Below are positions 1-12,712 of a stretch of DNA of 64,000 bases, one piece after another. Position numbers and translations under genes: made by a program. Positions within the stretch are counted from its first letter, which is position 1. Each line of letters starts with the position of its first letter. The stretch covers positions 151,635 to 215,634 of the forward strand of contig NIVC01001988.1 in the NCBI GenBank assembly GCA_002269645.1, given 5' to 3'. The stretch comes from Macrostomum lignano (Eukaryota). Under the pieces are notes generated by a model. It had not been told where the DNA came from, searched no databases, and worked only from the letters and a program-made list of their open reading frames with translations.

Positions 1-297
1 ACTCCCCAGCACAGCCTCCCCCACCACCAGTGTGCATGTACGCCTGCAGTCCACTCCCCAGCACAGCCTCCCCCACCACCAGTGTGCATGTACGCCTGCA
101 GTCCACTCCCCAGCACAGCCTCCCCCACCACCAGTGTGCATGTACGCCTGCAGTCCACTCCCCAGCACAGCCTCCCCCACCACCAGTGTGCATGTACGCC
201 TGCAGTCCACTCCCCAGCACAGCCTCCCCCACCACCAGTGTGCATGTACGCCTGCAGTCCACTCCCCAGCACAGCCTCCCGCACCATCAGTTGACAC
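1..297. repeat. 52-bp tandem minisatellite (~5.5 copies, degenerating to ~400)
   Basis: Unit ACTCCCCAGCACAGCCTCCCCCACCACCAGTGTGCATGTACGCCTGCAGTCC recurs at 1, 53, 105, 157, 209. Confidence 0.95.
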
Positions 298-420
298 ATG
301 CTAGGCCACTCCCCAGTACAGAGGCTCCCGCACAATGGTGTGGCCACTCCCCAGCACAGAGGCTCCCGCACATGTTGGCTACGTACGAAATCGAACCGCC
401 CACCTGCACTCAACCCGCAG

Positions 421-1050
421 CCATCGACTCAACAGAAGACTTTCAGCCTGGTTGTGGCCGCGGCCACCAACGGCGTGATCGGGCGGGACGGCGGCCTGCC
501 CTGGGGCTACGGGCTGAAGACCGACTTGAAATTCTTCCGCCTGGTAACCAGTGGCCCCGCCAAGCCGTCGGCTGCGGACTCGCGGCGCAATCTGATCATC
601 ATGGGCCGTCGCACCTGGGACTCCCTGCCGCGCAAGCCGCTGCCCAACCGCCTGTCCGTGGTGCTCACCCGCTCTCCGGATGAGCTTCAGCCCCGCCTGC
701 CGGACGGTGTCCGAGCCGCAGCCAGCCTGGACGCCGCCCTGGCTCTCGCCGATCCGGACGGCCCGCTGGCTGCCTCAGTCGCCGAAATCCACGTGATCGG
801 CGGGGCCGCCGTGTACGCCGAGGCGGCCCGGCATCCGCGCCTCGGCCGGATCTACTTCACCCGCGTGTTTGACGACAACTGCATCGGCGACTGCCGATTC
901 CCGGACAGCCTGGACTGGTCCGAGTTCGTCCAGCTGCCGCCGGATCGGCTGCCGGAGCATCTCCGGGCGGAGTTCAGCTTCGATAGGCAGATCGAGGCCG
1001 GGCTCGAGTTCCAGTTCACCGTGTGGGACCGACGCGGTGACCTTGAATGA
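421..1050 (+). CDS. DHFR: Dihydrofolate reductase (coding exon; start codon not in this exon)
   Basis: Motifs FSLVVAA..NGVIG..GGLPW, DLKFF, IIMGRRTWDSLP.KPLPNRLSVVLTR, IHVIGGAAVY, GDCRFP. Acceptor CCCGCAG ends at 420, in phase 0. Last codons (GDLE*) overlap the start of the downstream minisatellite. Confidence 0.92.
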   Translation, partial: PSTQQKTFSLVVAAATNGVIGRDGGLPWGYGLKTDLKFFRLVTSGPAKPSAADSRRNLIIMGRRTWDSLPRKPLPNRLSVVLTRSPDELQPRLPDGVRAAASLDAALALADPDGPLAASVAEIHVIGGAAVYAEAARHPRLGRIYFTRVFDDNCIGDCRFPDSLDWSEFVQLPPDRLPEHLRAEFSFDRQIEAGLEFQFTVWDRRGDLE

Positions 1051-1560
1051 CCTTTTATTAACCTGAACAATCTGAAATGACCTTCAATGGCCTTGAGTAT
1101 CCCAGAAGGACCTTGAATAAGTCTGAGTGACCTTGAGTAACCTGAATGACCTTGAGTAACCTGAATGACCTTGACTAAGCCTGAATGACCTTGACTAAGC
1201 CTGAATGACCTTGAGTAACCTGAATGACCTTGAATAAGCCTGAATGACCTTGACAAAGCCTGAATGAACTTGACTAAGCCTGAATGACCTTGACTAAGCC
1301 TGAATGACCTTGACTAAGCCTGAATGACCTTGACTAAGCCTGAATGACCTCGAGTAACCTGAATGACCTTGACTAAGCCTGAATGACCTTGAGTAACCTG
1401 AATGACCTTGAGTAAGCCTGAACGACTTTGAGTAACCTGAATGTCCTTGACTAAGCCTAAATGACCTTGACTAACTCTGTAACTCGAATGAACCTGAATG
1501 AACTTCAACGACCTTGAACAACCCCAAATGACCTTGAATGACCCTGAATGACCTTCAGAG
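1040..1560. repeat. 20-bp minisatellite
   Basis: Unit GACCTTGACTAAGCCTGAAT and variants, ~20 copies. Confidence 0.93.
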
Positions 1561-2329
1561 CAGAATGAAGGTTCTTATGGAAATAGAGTGACCTTGAGCG
1601 ACCATAGACTGTCTCTGATTGCAATTTGTTGACTTTGATTAGGCTTGTGAATTAAAATGACCTGTAATAAGTCTGATTGAAGTTTAGCATCAAGCTACGA
1701 GCGTAAAATTGTGTTTAAATTTCAGTAGCCAAATTTTTTAAACTTCTTCGTTGCAATTACGAGCGTAATTAATTTTTTTACAGCATTTCGCATTAAATAT
1801 TTGCTATTTTTTAATAACACTCAAATACATTTCATTGTTTCATTACTTGCAATTTATCCAAATCAACTTTCAAAGCTGCAATAATTCGCTATTTACTGGT
1901 GGACAGCAAAAGTACATTTCTCTGAGCTATCATCATCCCTAGTTAAGCTCAGCAATCAAAGTTAGTAAAGGGCCCGGCATGCCTGGCCGCGTGTCTTGTT
2001 CGCCTTGTCGGGGGAATAAACTTCATTGCTAAGCAAGAGGGCCGGCCGATGCGGCTGGGAAATGCTCGATGCTGATGAGAATTCGATATCATGGGGTCTG
2101 AGCAGTAGATCTATCCGCGTCGCAGAGTTGAGAGGCCTTGCAGTCATTATTTGTGATGCAATTTGCTGCTCCTCAATGTCCGGCAGTCACCAAATAGCTT
2201 AGCGTTTTAGTAGCTCCCTAAAACCCACATTACAGACCGTAGCCTGACCATGGCGCAAGGACATTGTAATATACGGCACTGCGATGATATAGTGCACTCC
2301 AAACTTGGTCATTTATTTCAGGGTGGCAC

Positions 2330-3322
2330 CAGCAGTCGATGTGTTTATTCTGGGGTACGGGCCATAGACATTAGGAATCGGTAACTTGCAACAGCAGTCG
2401 ATGTGTTTCTTCTGGGGTAGGGGCCATAGACATTAGGAATCGGTAACTTGCAACAGCAGTCGATGTGTTTCTTCTGGGGTAGGGGCCATAGACATTAGGA
2501 ATCGGTAACTTGCAACAGCAGTCGATGTGTTTCTTCTGGGGTAGGGGCCATAGACATTAGGAATCGGTAGCTTGCAACAGCAGTCGATGTGTTTCTGCTG
2601 GGGTAGGGGCCATAGACATTAGGAATCGGTAACTTGCAACAGCAGTCGATGTGTTTCTGCTGGGGTAGGGGCCATAGACATTAGGAATCGGTAACTTGCA
2701 ACAGCAGTCGATGTGTTTCTGCTGGGGTAGGGGCCATAGACATTAGGAATCGGTAACTTGCAACAGCAGTCGATGTGTTTCTTCTGGGGTAGGGGCCATA
2801 GACATTAGGAATCGGTAGCTTGCAACAGCAGTCGATGTGTTTCTGCTGGGGTAGGGGCCATAGACATTAGGAATCGGTAACTTGCAACAGCAGTCGATGT
2901 GTTTCTGCTGGGGTAGGGGCCATAGACATTAGGAATCGGTAACTTGCAACAGCAGTCGATGTGTTTCTTCTGGGGTAGGGGCCATAGACATTAGGAATCG
3001 GTAGCTTGCAACAGCAGTCGATGTGTTTCTTCTGGGGTAGGGGCCATAGACATTAGGAATCGGTAACTTGCAACAGCAGTCGATGTGTTTCTTCTGGGGT
3101 ACGGGCCATAGACATTAGGAATCGGTAACTTGCAACAGCAGTCGATGTGTTTCTGCTGGGGTAGGGGCCATAGACATTAGGAATCGGTAACTTGCAACAG
3201 CAGTCGATGTGTTTCTGCTGGGGTAGGGGCCATAGACATTAGGAATCGGTAACTTGCAGCAGCAGTCGATGTGTTTCTGCTGGGGTAGGGGCCATAGACA
3301 TTAGGAATCGGTAACTTGCAAC
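2330..3322. repeat. 62-bp tandem repeat, ~16 near-identical copies
   Basis: Unit CAGCAGTCGATGTGTTTC(T/G)TCTGGGGTAGGGGCCATAGACATTAGGAATCGGTAACTTGCAA-like, period 62; no unique spacers. Confidence 0.95.
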
Positions 3323-3944
3323 AAACGAAACGAAAATCAACAGGGGAAGTTGACATGCGGTCAGTTGTCAGCAATGGGCAGGCATTAAAAGTTAAAGGTG
3401 CATTCGTTGAATTTTCAAGAGTCCATTGTGACGCAGTCCTCCGTATGCTCCGTTAGAACGGACTCTATAAGAATTCACCGTGCCGCATCATCTGCACGTG
3501 AGTCTTCTTTGGCACAGGGACTTGAACCCACGGCGTCTAAGTGGATTGTCCAGCGGAAAATAGTCCAGATCATCAGGGTGGGTCCGCCATTCGATAAAGT
3601 TGAACAGCTCCGCGTCATCCATGGTGGGCCTTGGCACTCAGTTCCGATATCAGGCTTTGTCGCTTGACTGGGAGTGCAGGAAGGGCTTACCTTTTTTGAG
3701 CACGCTAATTGAGAGTGAGAAATGGGCAAGGGTTGCGTATAACAAATATGCTTGATTTTGATAACTATTGCAGAATCGGAGAGATAAGAGAAGATAAAAA
3801 TTCAATCGATGATTTAATTTTACACTTAAAGTAGACTCAGGACGCAGCGAATTAGGTGATAAAGAAGCTGTAAAATGAAATAAAACTGAGTAGCTGATTT
3901 ACCTGATGGAATTTCCCCGCACCATGGCGTCTCAAAAATTTTCC

Positions 3945-5135
3945 ATGAGTCTGGCATTTGAGAAATTCCTCTTAAGCCTTAGCATCTGAGAAATTCCCCT
4001 TGAGTCTTGGGATATTAGAAGTTCCCCTTGAGCCTTGCGCCTGGCATCTAAGAAATTTCCATTGAGCCTTGGCATCTGAGAAGTTCCCATTGAGTCTTGG
4101 CATCTAAGAAATTCCCCTTGAGCCTTGGAATCTAAGAAATTCCCATTGAGCCTTGGCATCTGAGAAGTTCCCATTGAGCCTTGCGCTTGGCATCTAAGAA
4201 ATTACCCTTGAGCCTTGGCATCTAAGAAATTCCACTTCTGCCTTGGCATCTAAGAAATTCCCATTGAGCTTTGGAATCTAAGAAATTCCCATTGAGCCTT
4301 GGCATCTAAGAAATTCCCATTGTGCCTTGGCATCTAAGAAATTTCCCTTGAGCCTTGGCATCTAGGAAATTACCCTTGAGCCTTGGCATCTAAGAAATTC
4401 CACTTCTGCCTTGGCATCTAAGAAATTCCCATTGAGCTTTGGAATCTAAGAAATTCCCATTGAGCCTTGGCATCTAAGAAATTCCCATTGTGCCTTGGCA
4501 TCTAAGAAATTCCCTTGAGCCTTGGCATCTAGAAATTACCCCTTGAGCCTTGGCATCTGAGAAATTCCCATTGTGCCTTGGCATCTGAGAAATTCCCCTT
4601 GAGCCTTGGCATCTAAGAAATTCCCATTGAGCCTTGGCATCTGAGAAATTCCCATTGTGCCTTGGCATCTAAGAAATTCCCCTTGAGCCTTGGCATCTAA
4701 GAAATTCCCTTGAGCCTTGGCATCTAAGAAATTCCCCTTGAGTCTTGGCATCTGAGAAATTCCCCTTGAGTCTTGGCATCTGAAGAAATTCCCATTGAGC
4801 TTGGCATCTAAGAAATTCCCCTTGAGCCTTGGCATCTGAGAAATTCCCATTGAGTCTTGGCATCTGAGAAATTCCCATCGAGTCTTGGCATCTGAGAAAT
4901 TCCCATTGAGTCTGGCATCTGAGAAATTCCCATTGAGTCTTGGCATCTGAGAAATTCCATTGAGCTTGGCATCTAAGAAATTCCCATTGAGTCTTGGCAT
5001 CTGAGAAATTCATTGAGCCTTCATCCAGTTCCCATCAGCTGGGATCTGGCCCATTGCGCTTGCATCTAAGATCCCAGTCGGCATCTATTCCCATTGAGCC
5101 TTGGCATCTGAAAACGCCTTTCCTGGCATCTGAAA
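3945..5135. repeat. ~28-bp minisatellite (GAGCCTTGGCATCT family)
   Basis: Unit GAGCCTTGGCATCTAAGAAATTCCCATT; degenerates into the 5' end of the iGluR ORF. Confidence 0.93.
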
Positions 5136-5139
5136 TTCA

Positions 5140-7885
5140 AGCCGATCGCTTCGAACCTGGCTCGTTCAACTACACTGTCACCAATAGCAACAGCTCGTAC
5201 AACATGCAGCGCAGGCTGTGCCAGTATCTGTTCCCATCGGGGGCCTTCGCCGTGTTCGGCTCCACCAACGCCCTGACGGTGGACGGCATCCAAAACCTGG
5301 TCTCGGTGTTCCACGTGCCCTTCGTCACGTCGGGCATTGTGAAGGCCGAGAATCCCAAGGGCCAGGACTATATGCTCAACCTGCGGCCGCGCCACGTCAT
5401 GGCAATCATCGACACTCTGGATCTCTACAAGTGGTCCAATTTTGCTTACCTGGTCAACAGCCACGAAGGTTTGCACCGCTTCCAGGAGATCCTTCGCGAG
5501 TACCAGCGGCGCCACGTCTACAGAGACGTGAATGTACAAATCATTTACCTGTCGGATACGCGCTTCGTCTACCCGGACCTGGCCAGGCTGGACAGCCTGC
5601 TCAAGGCCGAAGATCGCAAGCACGTCGTCATCGATCTTGACCCGCCTGAGGCTGTGTCGAATTTCCTGTACCAGATCCACGAGATGGGCATGAACCGCAG
5701 GGAGTATCACTACTTGATTAGCGGCATCTCGGCTCTGGACATCGAGACCGAAGGCATGCACTATAGCGGAGTCAATGTCACTGGCTTCCAGCTGGTGAAT
5801 GAGAGCCAGGTCAATGTGAAATCCTTAAAGCAGAAATGGCTACAGCTGTGTCAGCAGAAGCGCTGGGACTGCAGCAGGGGCGGGAACAGCCTGCCACTAT
5901 ACGAGGTCGCACTTCTCATGGATGGCGTCGAGACCTTCGCCAGGGCCATCGACAGTCTGCTGTCGCGGCCCGATACTCGCAGACAAATCGAAGCCGCACT
6001 GAAGCAGCCCGCCTCGAGTAGAGTAGACTGTCTCCAGAAAGTGTACCAGTCGCGGTCCAAGCTGCTGAACCCGCGGGTGTACGCCTACCAGTACCTCGGT
6101 CCCTCCGTGCCAATCCGCACGTCCAAAATCGGGGAGCTGCTAATGCGCGAAATGTCGGCGATCAGCTTCCCCGGCTACAGCGGCCAGGTGACCTTCGACG
6201 AGAACGGCTTCCGTTCCAACTTCTCCATTCAGCTGATGGAGCTGGAGGGGACAAAGTCGTTCCAGCCGGCGGGCGGCTGGCACACCAACTTGGGACTTCA
6301 GCGGCAGCTCATCAGCTCTGGAAATGCTTCTACCGCGGCTGCGAACTTCACTAAAGTTATTCGCGTCGTCACGATCAAATCCGAGCCGTTCATCCAGCCC
6401 AGGGAAACCAAGCCCAACGAGCCCGAGCCGGTGGGCAACGACCGGTTTGAAGGCTTCTGCATCGAAATGTTTAAGAAGATGGCCGAGAGACTTGGCATCC
6501 AGTACAGGATTCACTTTGTTCGCGACAACCAGTACGGCAGGATTGACAAGAAGGGCGAGTGGAATGGAATGATTGGCGAGCTGCTGAGGAACGAGGCGGA
6601 CATCGCTCTGGCGCCTCTCACCATCACAACAGAGCGAGCTGAGTTCGTGGACTTCACCGAGCCGTTTCTTACTTTCGGTATCTCCATCATGATTAAGAAG
6701 CCAAAGAAGGAGAAGCCGGGTACGTTCAGCTTCCTGCGGCCCTTGTCACCGGAGGTGTGGAGCTACATCTTGACAGGCTGCCTGGGCGTGAGCCTCGGCC
6801 TGTACCTCTGCTCCCGCATCAGCCCGCTCGAGTGGCAGGTCGAATTCGAAAACGAGTTGCCACCGGTGCACAAAGTGACGCGCGACTTCACCGTGAGCAA
6901 CTCTTTCTGGTTCTCCTTCGCCGCGGTTGTCAATCAAGGCATCGACCTGTCGCCGCGTAGTTCGGGGACTCGCGTGGTGGCCAGCGCCTGGTGGTTCTTC
7001 ACGCTCATCATGATTGCGTACTACACAGCCACCCTAGCTGCCTTCCTCACCGTTGAGCTGCTCAGAACCCCCATTGACAGCTGGGAGGACCTTGCCGAGT
7101 CCAAGGAGATCCTGTACGGCACGCTGAACTCCGGATCAACTAAGGCATTCTTTCTCACTACAAAGCTGCCTCCGTTTGACCTCATCGGAATCAACATGCA
7201 GAAGAATGAGAAGAAGGGCCTCGGCGTCTACGTGAACACTAGCGAGGACGGCATCCGCAAGGTGCGCGAGTCCAAAGGCCGCTATGCCTTCCTGCTGGAG
7301 TCAAAGACCAACGAGTTTCATAACAACCGCGATCCCTGCGACACCATGATGGTTGGACAGCCGTTCGGCGACAAGGGCTACGCCATCGCGACGCCAAAAA
7401 AATCGCCTTTCCACGAGAAACTTAACGATGCCGTGCTGCAGCTGCGAGAGGCCCAGGTGCTCGCCCAGCTCTACAAGAAGTGGTGGATCGAGAAAGGCCA
7501 GTGCATCAGCGACGACTCCGGAGGCGGCGGCCTGTCCGCCCTGACGGTGGTGAACGTGGCCGGCGTGTTTTACATCCTGGTGGCGGGCTTGGGCATCGCG
7601 CTGGCCATCGCTTTGGTCGAGTTCTACTTCACCAACAGACGGGAGGCGGCAAAGGCCCGCCTGGACGACTCGGTGGTGACCGCGGCGGCCCGCGCTCGTC
7701 TGCTGGACACTTCGTCCGAAGGCGGCGGACTCGAACCCGCCGTCGCCAGTACGAAGGTCGGCAGTTGCCGCTGCCACCGTCACCGCCGCCTGCCAGCGTC
7801 GGAGCAACGGAAAAGAGCGGGACGACGACGAAGCGGCGACAGGGCGGCGAGAATTTGCGGGCCCGGTGCACGTGCACCAGAGTAG
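5140..7885 (+). CDS. Ionotropic glutamate receptor, AMPA/kainate-like (large uninterrupted exon; signal peptide and extreme N-terminus not found)
   Basis: ATD, S1 (YG..DKKGEWNGMIGELL..EADIALAPLTIT.ER), M1, pore loop (SNSFWFSFAAVVNQG), M3 (YYTATLAAFLTVE), S2 (YGTLNSGST, YAFLLES, KGYAIATPK), M4. The first ~50 codons of ORF 4994 are repeat-derived; 5' boundary approximate. Confidence 0.93.
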
Positions 7886-8442
7886 CAGCGGCTACGGGCT
7901 GAAGACCTGCGCCTTGTAGCTGCTGCGCCATTTGCTTAAATTTCAAGTTGCTGTGCTAATCGTGATCTGAGTTCGCAGCACTGTTGTACCTGGATACCAG
8001 CTTATTGCATGCGTTCCGCTTCCTTCTCGTGAAAAAATATCGGGCCACGCATTACGGTTTATCGTTTCTCGCGAATTGCTGCTAAATGTTGAGAGCTTAT
8101 TAATCATATTCGAGAACTTTATGAATTTGTCCCGGCCTATCGGGTTTTGTTGTAATACCGTTAAGTTGCCTGTAGGATGCATTGTATGCATAATTTTTTT
8201 ATAAACTTTATTTCGCCAATTACCTTGCTTCTGCTTTCGAAACACTAGTTGAATTTTTCTTAACAATGTCACTAGTAAATATTTTTAATTACTGTCGCTG
8301 ACGCTCCTGTTGGAGGCAGATTTCTAAGAATCAGATATATGTACGGGCGTACATGTATTACATTTTTCGTGTACGAAGCTCGCTATGTACGAGACATTTA
8401 CCGATACAATTTTCATATAAACTCTACTTTACTGTATGATCT

Positions 8443-8765
8443 TGTAGCAGCCCAGGGGTTATTGCATCGGACTCGCGACTTGAAGGAAGGTTGGAGGTTC
8501 GATTCCCGATCTCACTGAAACAATTTGTGTCCTTGAGCAATTAGACAATTAACCCCTGCATTGCTTCAGTTCACCCAGCTGTTAAATGGACACCAGCATT
8601 AGCTGGGGTAATTGAGGGTGTGTGGTGACCCCCAGCCCTTGGACTGAACAGCCGTACGCAGCCTTCAGATGCGCTGCGCAATAGCTGCGGCTGAGCTGTC
8701 GGTTGCATATCTGGCCCAATTGGGGTAGTGTAGCTTATTAATTATTATCATTTTATTACTACTAT
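8443..8765 (+). mobile_element. tRNA-derived SINE with CORE-like central domain and (TTA)n tail
   Basis: B box GGTTCGATTCC; central TTGTGTCCTTGAGCAA...CACCCAGCTGTTAAATGG; TTA-rich tail; second copy at 22.0 kb. Confidence 0.75.
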
Positions 8766-11513
8766 TGAGAAAATATAAGAGGTACACCAAGTTAAGTACA
8801 GCTGCAGGTTGTAACAAACAAGTATTTTAATAGTTAGGAACTGATTCGGATTAGAATGTTGCTTGCACGTGTAGATTCTCTTGCTCCTGGATCTGGCTCA
8901 CCAGCATCCTCGTAACACGGATTTCTTTTGCATAAACTATAGGGCCGCGACACGCACAGATCGTGTGAATTATTTTATTAGAGAGCTGATTATTCGAAAT
9001 ACATTTACCTGCATGTGCAATTGTATACGCAAAAAATTGACCTCTTTATTCTCGTTTGGTGAATGAAAATCTCGATACTGGATACATCACCTTATATAAA
9101 GAAACAGATCCACGCGACGACTCTACATGTAGTTTTTTTGCGGAAGTTTGAAGTTTGCATGACATGAAGTTTGCGGAGGGGCACTACTAAACAGTACATG
9201 TACAGTACTACATGGCAACCGCGCGTTTCCTCATGGCCGCGGAATGGATATCCCTCCAGTTGTTGCCAAGTCAGAAAGTAGAAATCCTATACTGATTGTC
9301 CGCTTGCTTAATGGCCTCGTAAATTTACATTTACAAGCTTACATCTTCAAATTAAGCTGGAGTTAAATTTCGCTTGATCAAACTTCATCGATTTCAACTA
9401 ACGACTCAAAATAATTCGTTTTTCGAGCGCTGCAATTATAATGTCCGAGCCCTGGAGAGAATGGGCCGAATGCACGCGATATCTAAAATATTTACACAGT
9501 AAATACGATCGAGACCCAGCGTTTTTGCACATTCAGCCGCATCATTATTATAAACTTGCCCTATAGCTGCGGATCAAAGCTGTACATGTAAATCAGCAAC
9601 GCAATTGTTGATTGCACCGTTCTTCATATCGTGGAAGACCTAAAAGCTAAAATTGTCTGTCGTTTTGACAAGCTCGCATCGATCGGATCATAAGCTCAAA
9701 AACTTCATATCGTCAAAGGTGTAAACGTACATGTACAGTGCATGCACTGCTTATCACTTTTTTATAGTTCAGAATCGAAATTTACACGTATACGCACTAA
9801 ATTTTATGTCGTCCAAATTTTATAATATTGTCTGCATTACATATAAACACGTAGAGTACGCTCGAAAAATTACGCGATGTCTCATTGCTCGTTACTTTTG
9901 CACTAAACTGACTCTTATAGAGCGAAAATTCATCATATGCTTGAAATTCCGTATCGTGGAATTTGCGATAGTTATGAGCGAGCAGCAGCAGAAATGTGTA
10001 AACTGCACGGAAGTGTGCACAGAAGTGTTGCCTGAGTTGTACACGGAATTCTCGCTCGTTTATAGAGTCTGTCATTCAGAAAGCTACAAATAAGTGGTTT
10101 TTGGCAACATATATATGATCGAAATGTGGGAATTTTTTGCATTCGATGGCATAAAAGATTATGAAACAGAAACACTACCATTGTAAATTGTCCAAGCGAA
10201 TTTTTTGACAAATTACTTTCAATACTACTTCCTTCTGAGCCCTGAGCAACCACAGAATTTTTGTAAAGATACAGCTACATATTCTTCTTCTTCTATAGCT
10301 ACATAAATTACTTCTGCTTCAGGTTAGGTTAGATAAGCATATGGCCACGGCTTTTGAGCAGAATTCTTTGGCTGAATTTTTCAACCAAAAAATCAGATGG
10401 GAAGACCATTTTTAGTATATGGATATCTTGATTCTATTCATAAATTCTGAGATTCAGGCTTTGGGAAATAAATTTCCATCTTTGCAGAATTGGAAATAAC
10501 GAATTTTTACGGATTTTACAATTTACGAATCGGGTCGATCGAATTTTTAAACATATCGATATTTTACTTTTCTATCCTGGATGATGCAACTGGATTGACA
10601 GATAATGATGATTTTTAGTTAGCTAGGGACTGGGCTAGGGGTGGGCTAAGTTTGCTTATGTTACCCGAATTTGGTCAGTGCTTTGCTACTACTAACTAAG
10701 CCTTCTAGTCGTTTTTATGTAATAAACACCAAACAGGGCCTTTGACTTTTACTATGGACAACATAACTTGAATTTTAAATTAGACCTTTTCGTTACCGCA
10801 GATATCTTTTTTAAAGCAATTTAATTAAAGCAATTAATTATAAATCTAAAAATAAAATGCTAAGAATATTTCTTTTAGTCTAGCCTATTTATTTGACTTT
10901 TCATTGATATCTAGCTTTCTAGCAAATACAATCTTTTTGGCTAGGCCTATGTAATAATATATATTATCAACCATTACAATGATATGCTTGTCTCTCTTAC
11001 TATGTGTTTTAGACTTAGTCCTTGTTTTTAAGTATTTTACTAGGGCCTACCTATTGATTCCATAGACCTAGGTCTATTATAGACCTGGTCTTTTATAAAG
11101 ATGATAATTATTTATACGAAAAGCAAGTGCTATAAATAGCTAATATTTGTCTTTGAAGATGATAGACTATTTTACAAGTTAATAGTCTAGTTTAATAGTA
11201 AACTAGTAAACTAACAAGTAGGTAAATATAAAAGTCTAATATAAATACTCCTAACTCCTTTTTTCTTCTGGGATAGCCCTGTAACCAATTCAAGCACTCT
11301 AATTTTTTTAAAGCTAGGCCTAAGCACTAGGCACTACTTAAAATCTAAGCACTTTTGGCTTTGCTTTCTATTAAAATTGCTAAGTTTAATTATAACCTAA
11401 ATATAACATTTGATAAAATATACTTATTAAATGATCTTTACCTAAAAGACTAACTATCAAAGCCATTTTAAACTTTGTTCTTAGTGTCGCAAGGATGCTT
11501 CCTTCTTAATAAT

Positions 11514-11531
11514 ATCCCACCGCTGCCACCA
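11514..11531 (-). promoter_or_regulatory. Primer-binding site complementary to tRNA-Leu 3' end (two shorter copies at 11578-11587 and 11663-11672)
   Basis: Minus strand TGGTGGCAGCGGTGGGAT = reverse complement of ATCCCACCGCTGCCA+CCA, the eukaryotic tRNA-Leu 3' end. Confidence 0.8.
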
Positions 11532-11590
11532 AAAGCTGTCCCAGGGCTCTTATTTATTCTTTTGTTTAGCCTTATTAGCTGCCACCAAGT

Positions 11591-12360
11591 TGTCACAGGG
11601 GTGTCTCCTTTTACTGAAATTGTCAAAAGGCTAAACTTCCTACACTAATCTTTAAGTTGGTAGCTGCCACCAGGATTATCCTATTAATAAATTATGAGTT
11701 TATCAATCTTAGAATAATCCGAGAAATGTTTCTTAGAATTGATCTGAGTATATATCTTAGTATTTAGTCTGAGTATTTAGTCTGAGTATTATTCTTAGAA
11801 AACTATTAGCCCTTAAAGATTTTATTCCTCTGTTATTCTGGTAGCGTTCTATTTAATAATTTGGCCTGAGCGGTATTTTGGCTTACTGGTATATGTATTT
11901 CATGTACTTTGCAAGTCTTTGGGCATTACTGAGATCAGAGGGTCACAGCCTCTGGTTATTCTTACACAAATCACTTCAGATCTACTTCGTATTTTCTTAC
12001 TACTCAATGCTGCTGCTTATCAGTAGTATATACTGTATACGCTTCAGTCTACTTCACTCTTACTTCTTAAAAAGAATCAACACAGAAAACACCTCTTCAA
12101 TTAGATTTTCTCGGAACTCTTATTATTAGCTATCAACTGTTTTATTATTGAACCGCGATGCGCGAGGTTGGTTCTTCCTCTGCCAAATTCGCTTCTATTT
12201 ATACCATTTTTACTTGTAGATTAAAACAAAAATTAATTCATGAAAATAATATGAAAAATAGAAGTATTAAAACAAAAAGAAATTGCATCTTAGTTTTGGC
12301 ATAAATTTGAGTTTAACTATTTGGTAACTATTTTAAAGCAAATCGGGAAGGGCCTTTACA
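11591..12360 (-). mobile_element. Putative LTR (element 1)
   Basis: Minus strand: PPT AGGGGAGGCAGG (12373-12362), then TGTAAAGG... at 12360; ends ...GTGACA at 11591, 3 nt before a PBS copy. End boundary tentative. Confidence 0.55.
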
Positions 12361-12712
12361 ACCTGCCTCCCCTAAATAAAAAATTTTAAACAAGGTTACT
12401 ACTATTAGTAAGCGAGTGCAAAATTTTTGATCTGATGCAAGAGAAGGTGCAATAAAACAACTAAACAGTGAATAAAGAATTGAACTATGGAGTTATCACG
12501 ATACATGAATACTAGGCACAAAACTATGTAAAAGAAAAATAAAGCACTATGTACAGCACAAAAAGAAGTAGGCAAAGAATAAAACGCTAAATCATGTATA
12601 GACACTAAGTGAATAAAGCAGAAAGAAAACTAGTAAACTATTAGAGAACAACATAGAAAAATACAACAGAGATGACTAAAAGCATGTCAGTAACATAATG
12701 AAAAAGGCCTGC

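Noticed and set aside
1030-1060. DHFR-TS fusion via a GTGACC donor
   Set aside because: Weak donor and no thymidylate synthase sequence downstream
2330-3322. CRISPR-like regular array
   Set aside because: Units are contiguous with no unique spacers, there are no cas genes, and the context is eukaryotic
3480-3640. tRNA-like B box on the minus strand (GGTTCAAGTCC)
   Set aside because: No cloverleaf or second copy; at most an old SINE
4474-5013. ORFs MPRLNGNF..., and similar ORFs at 852-1508, 20183-20993, 24767-25495, 30209-30879 and 52155-52737
   Set aside because: Translations of minisatellites; periodic and open in several frames
4994-5139. iGluR N-terminus from the TTG start
   Set aside because: Degenerate minisatellite, no signal peptide
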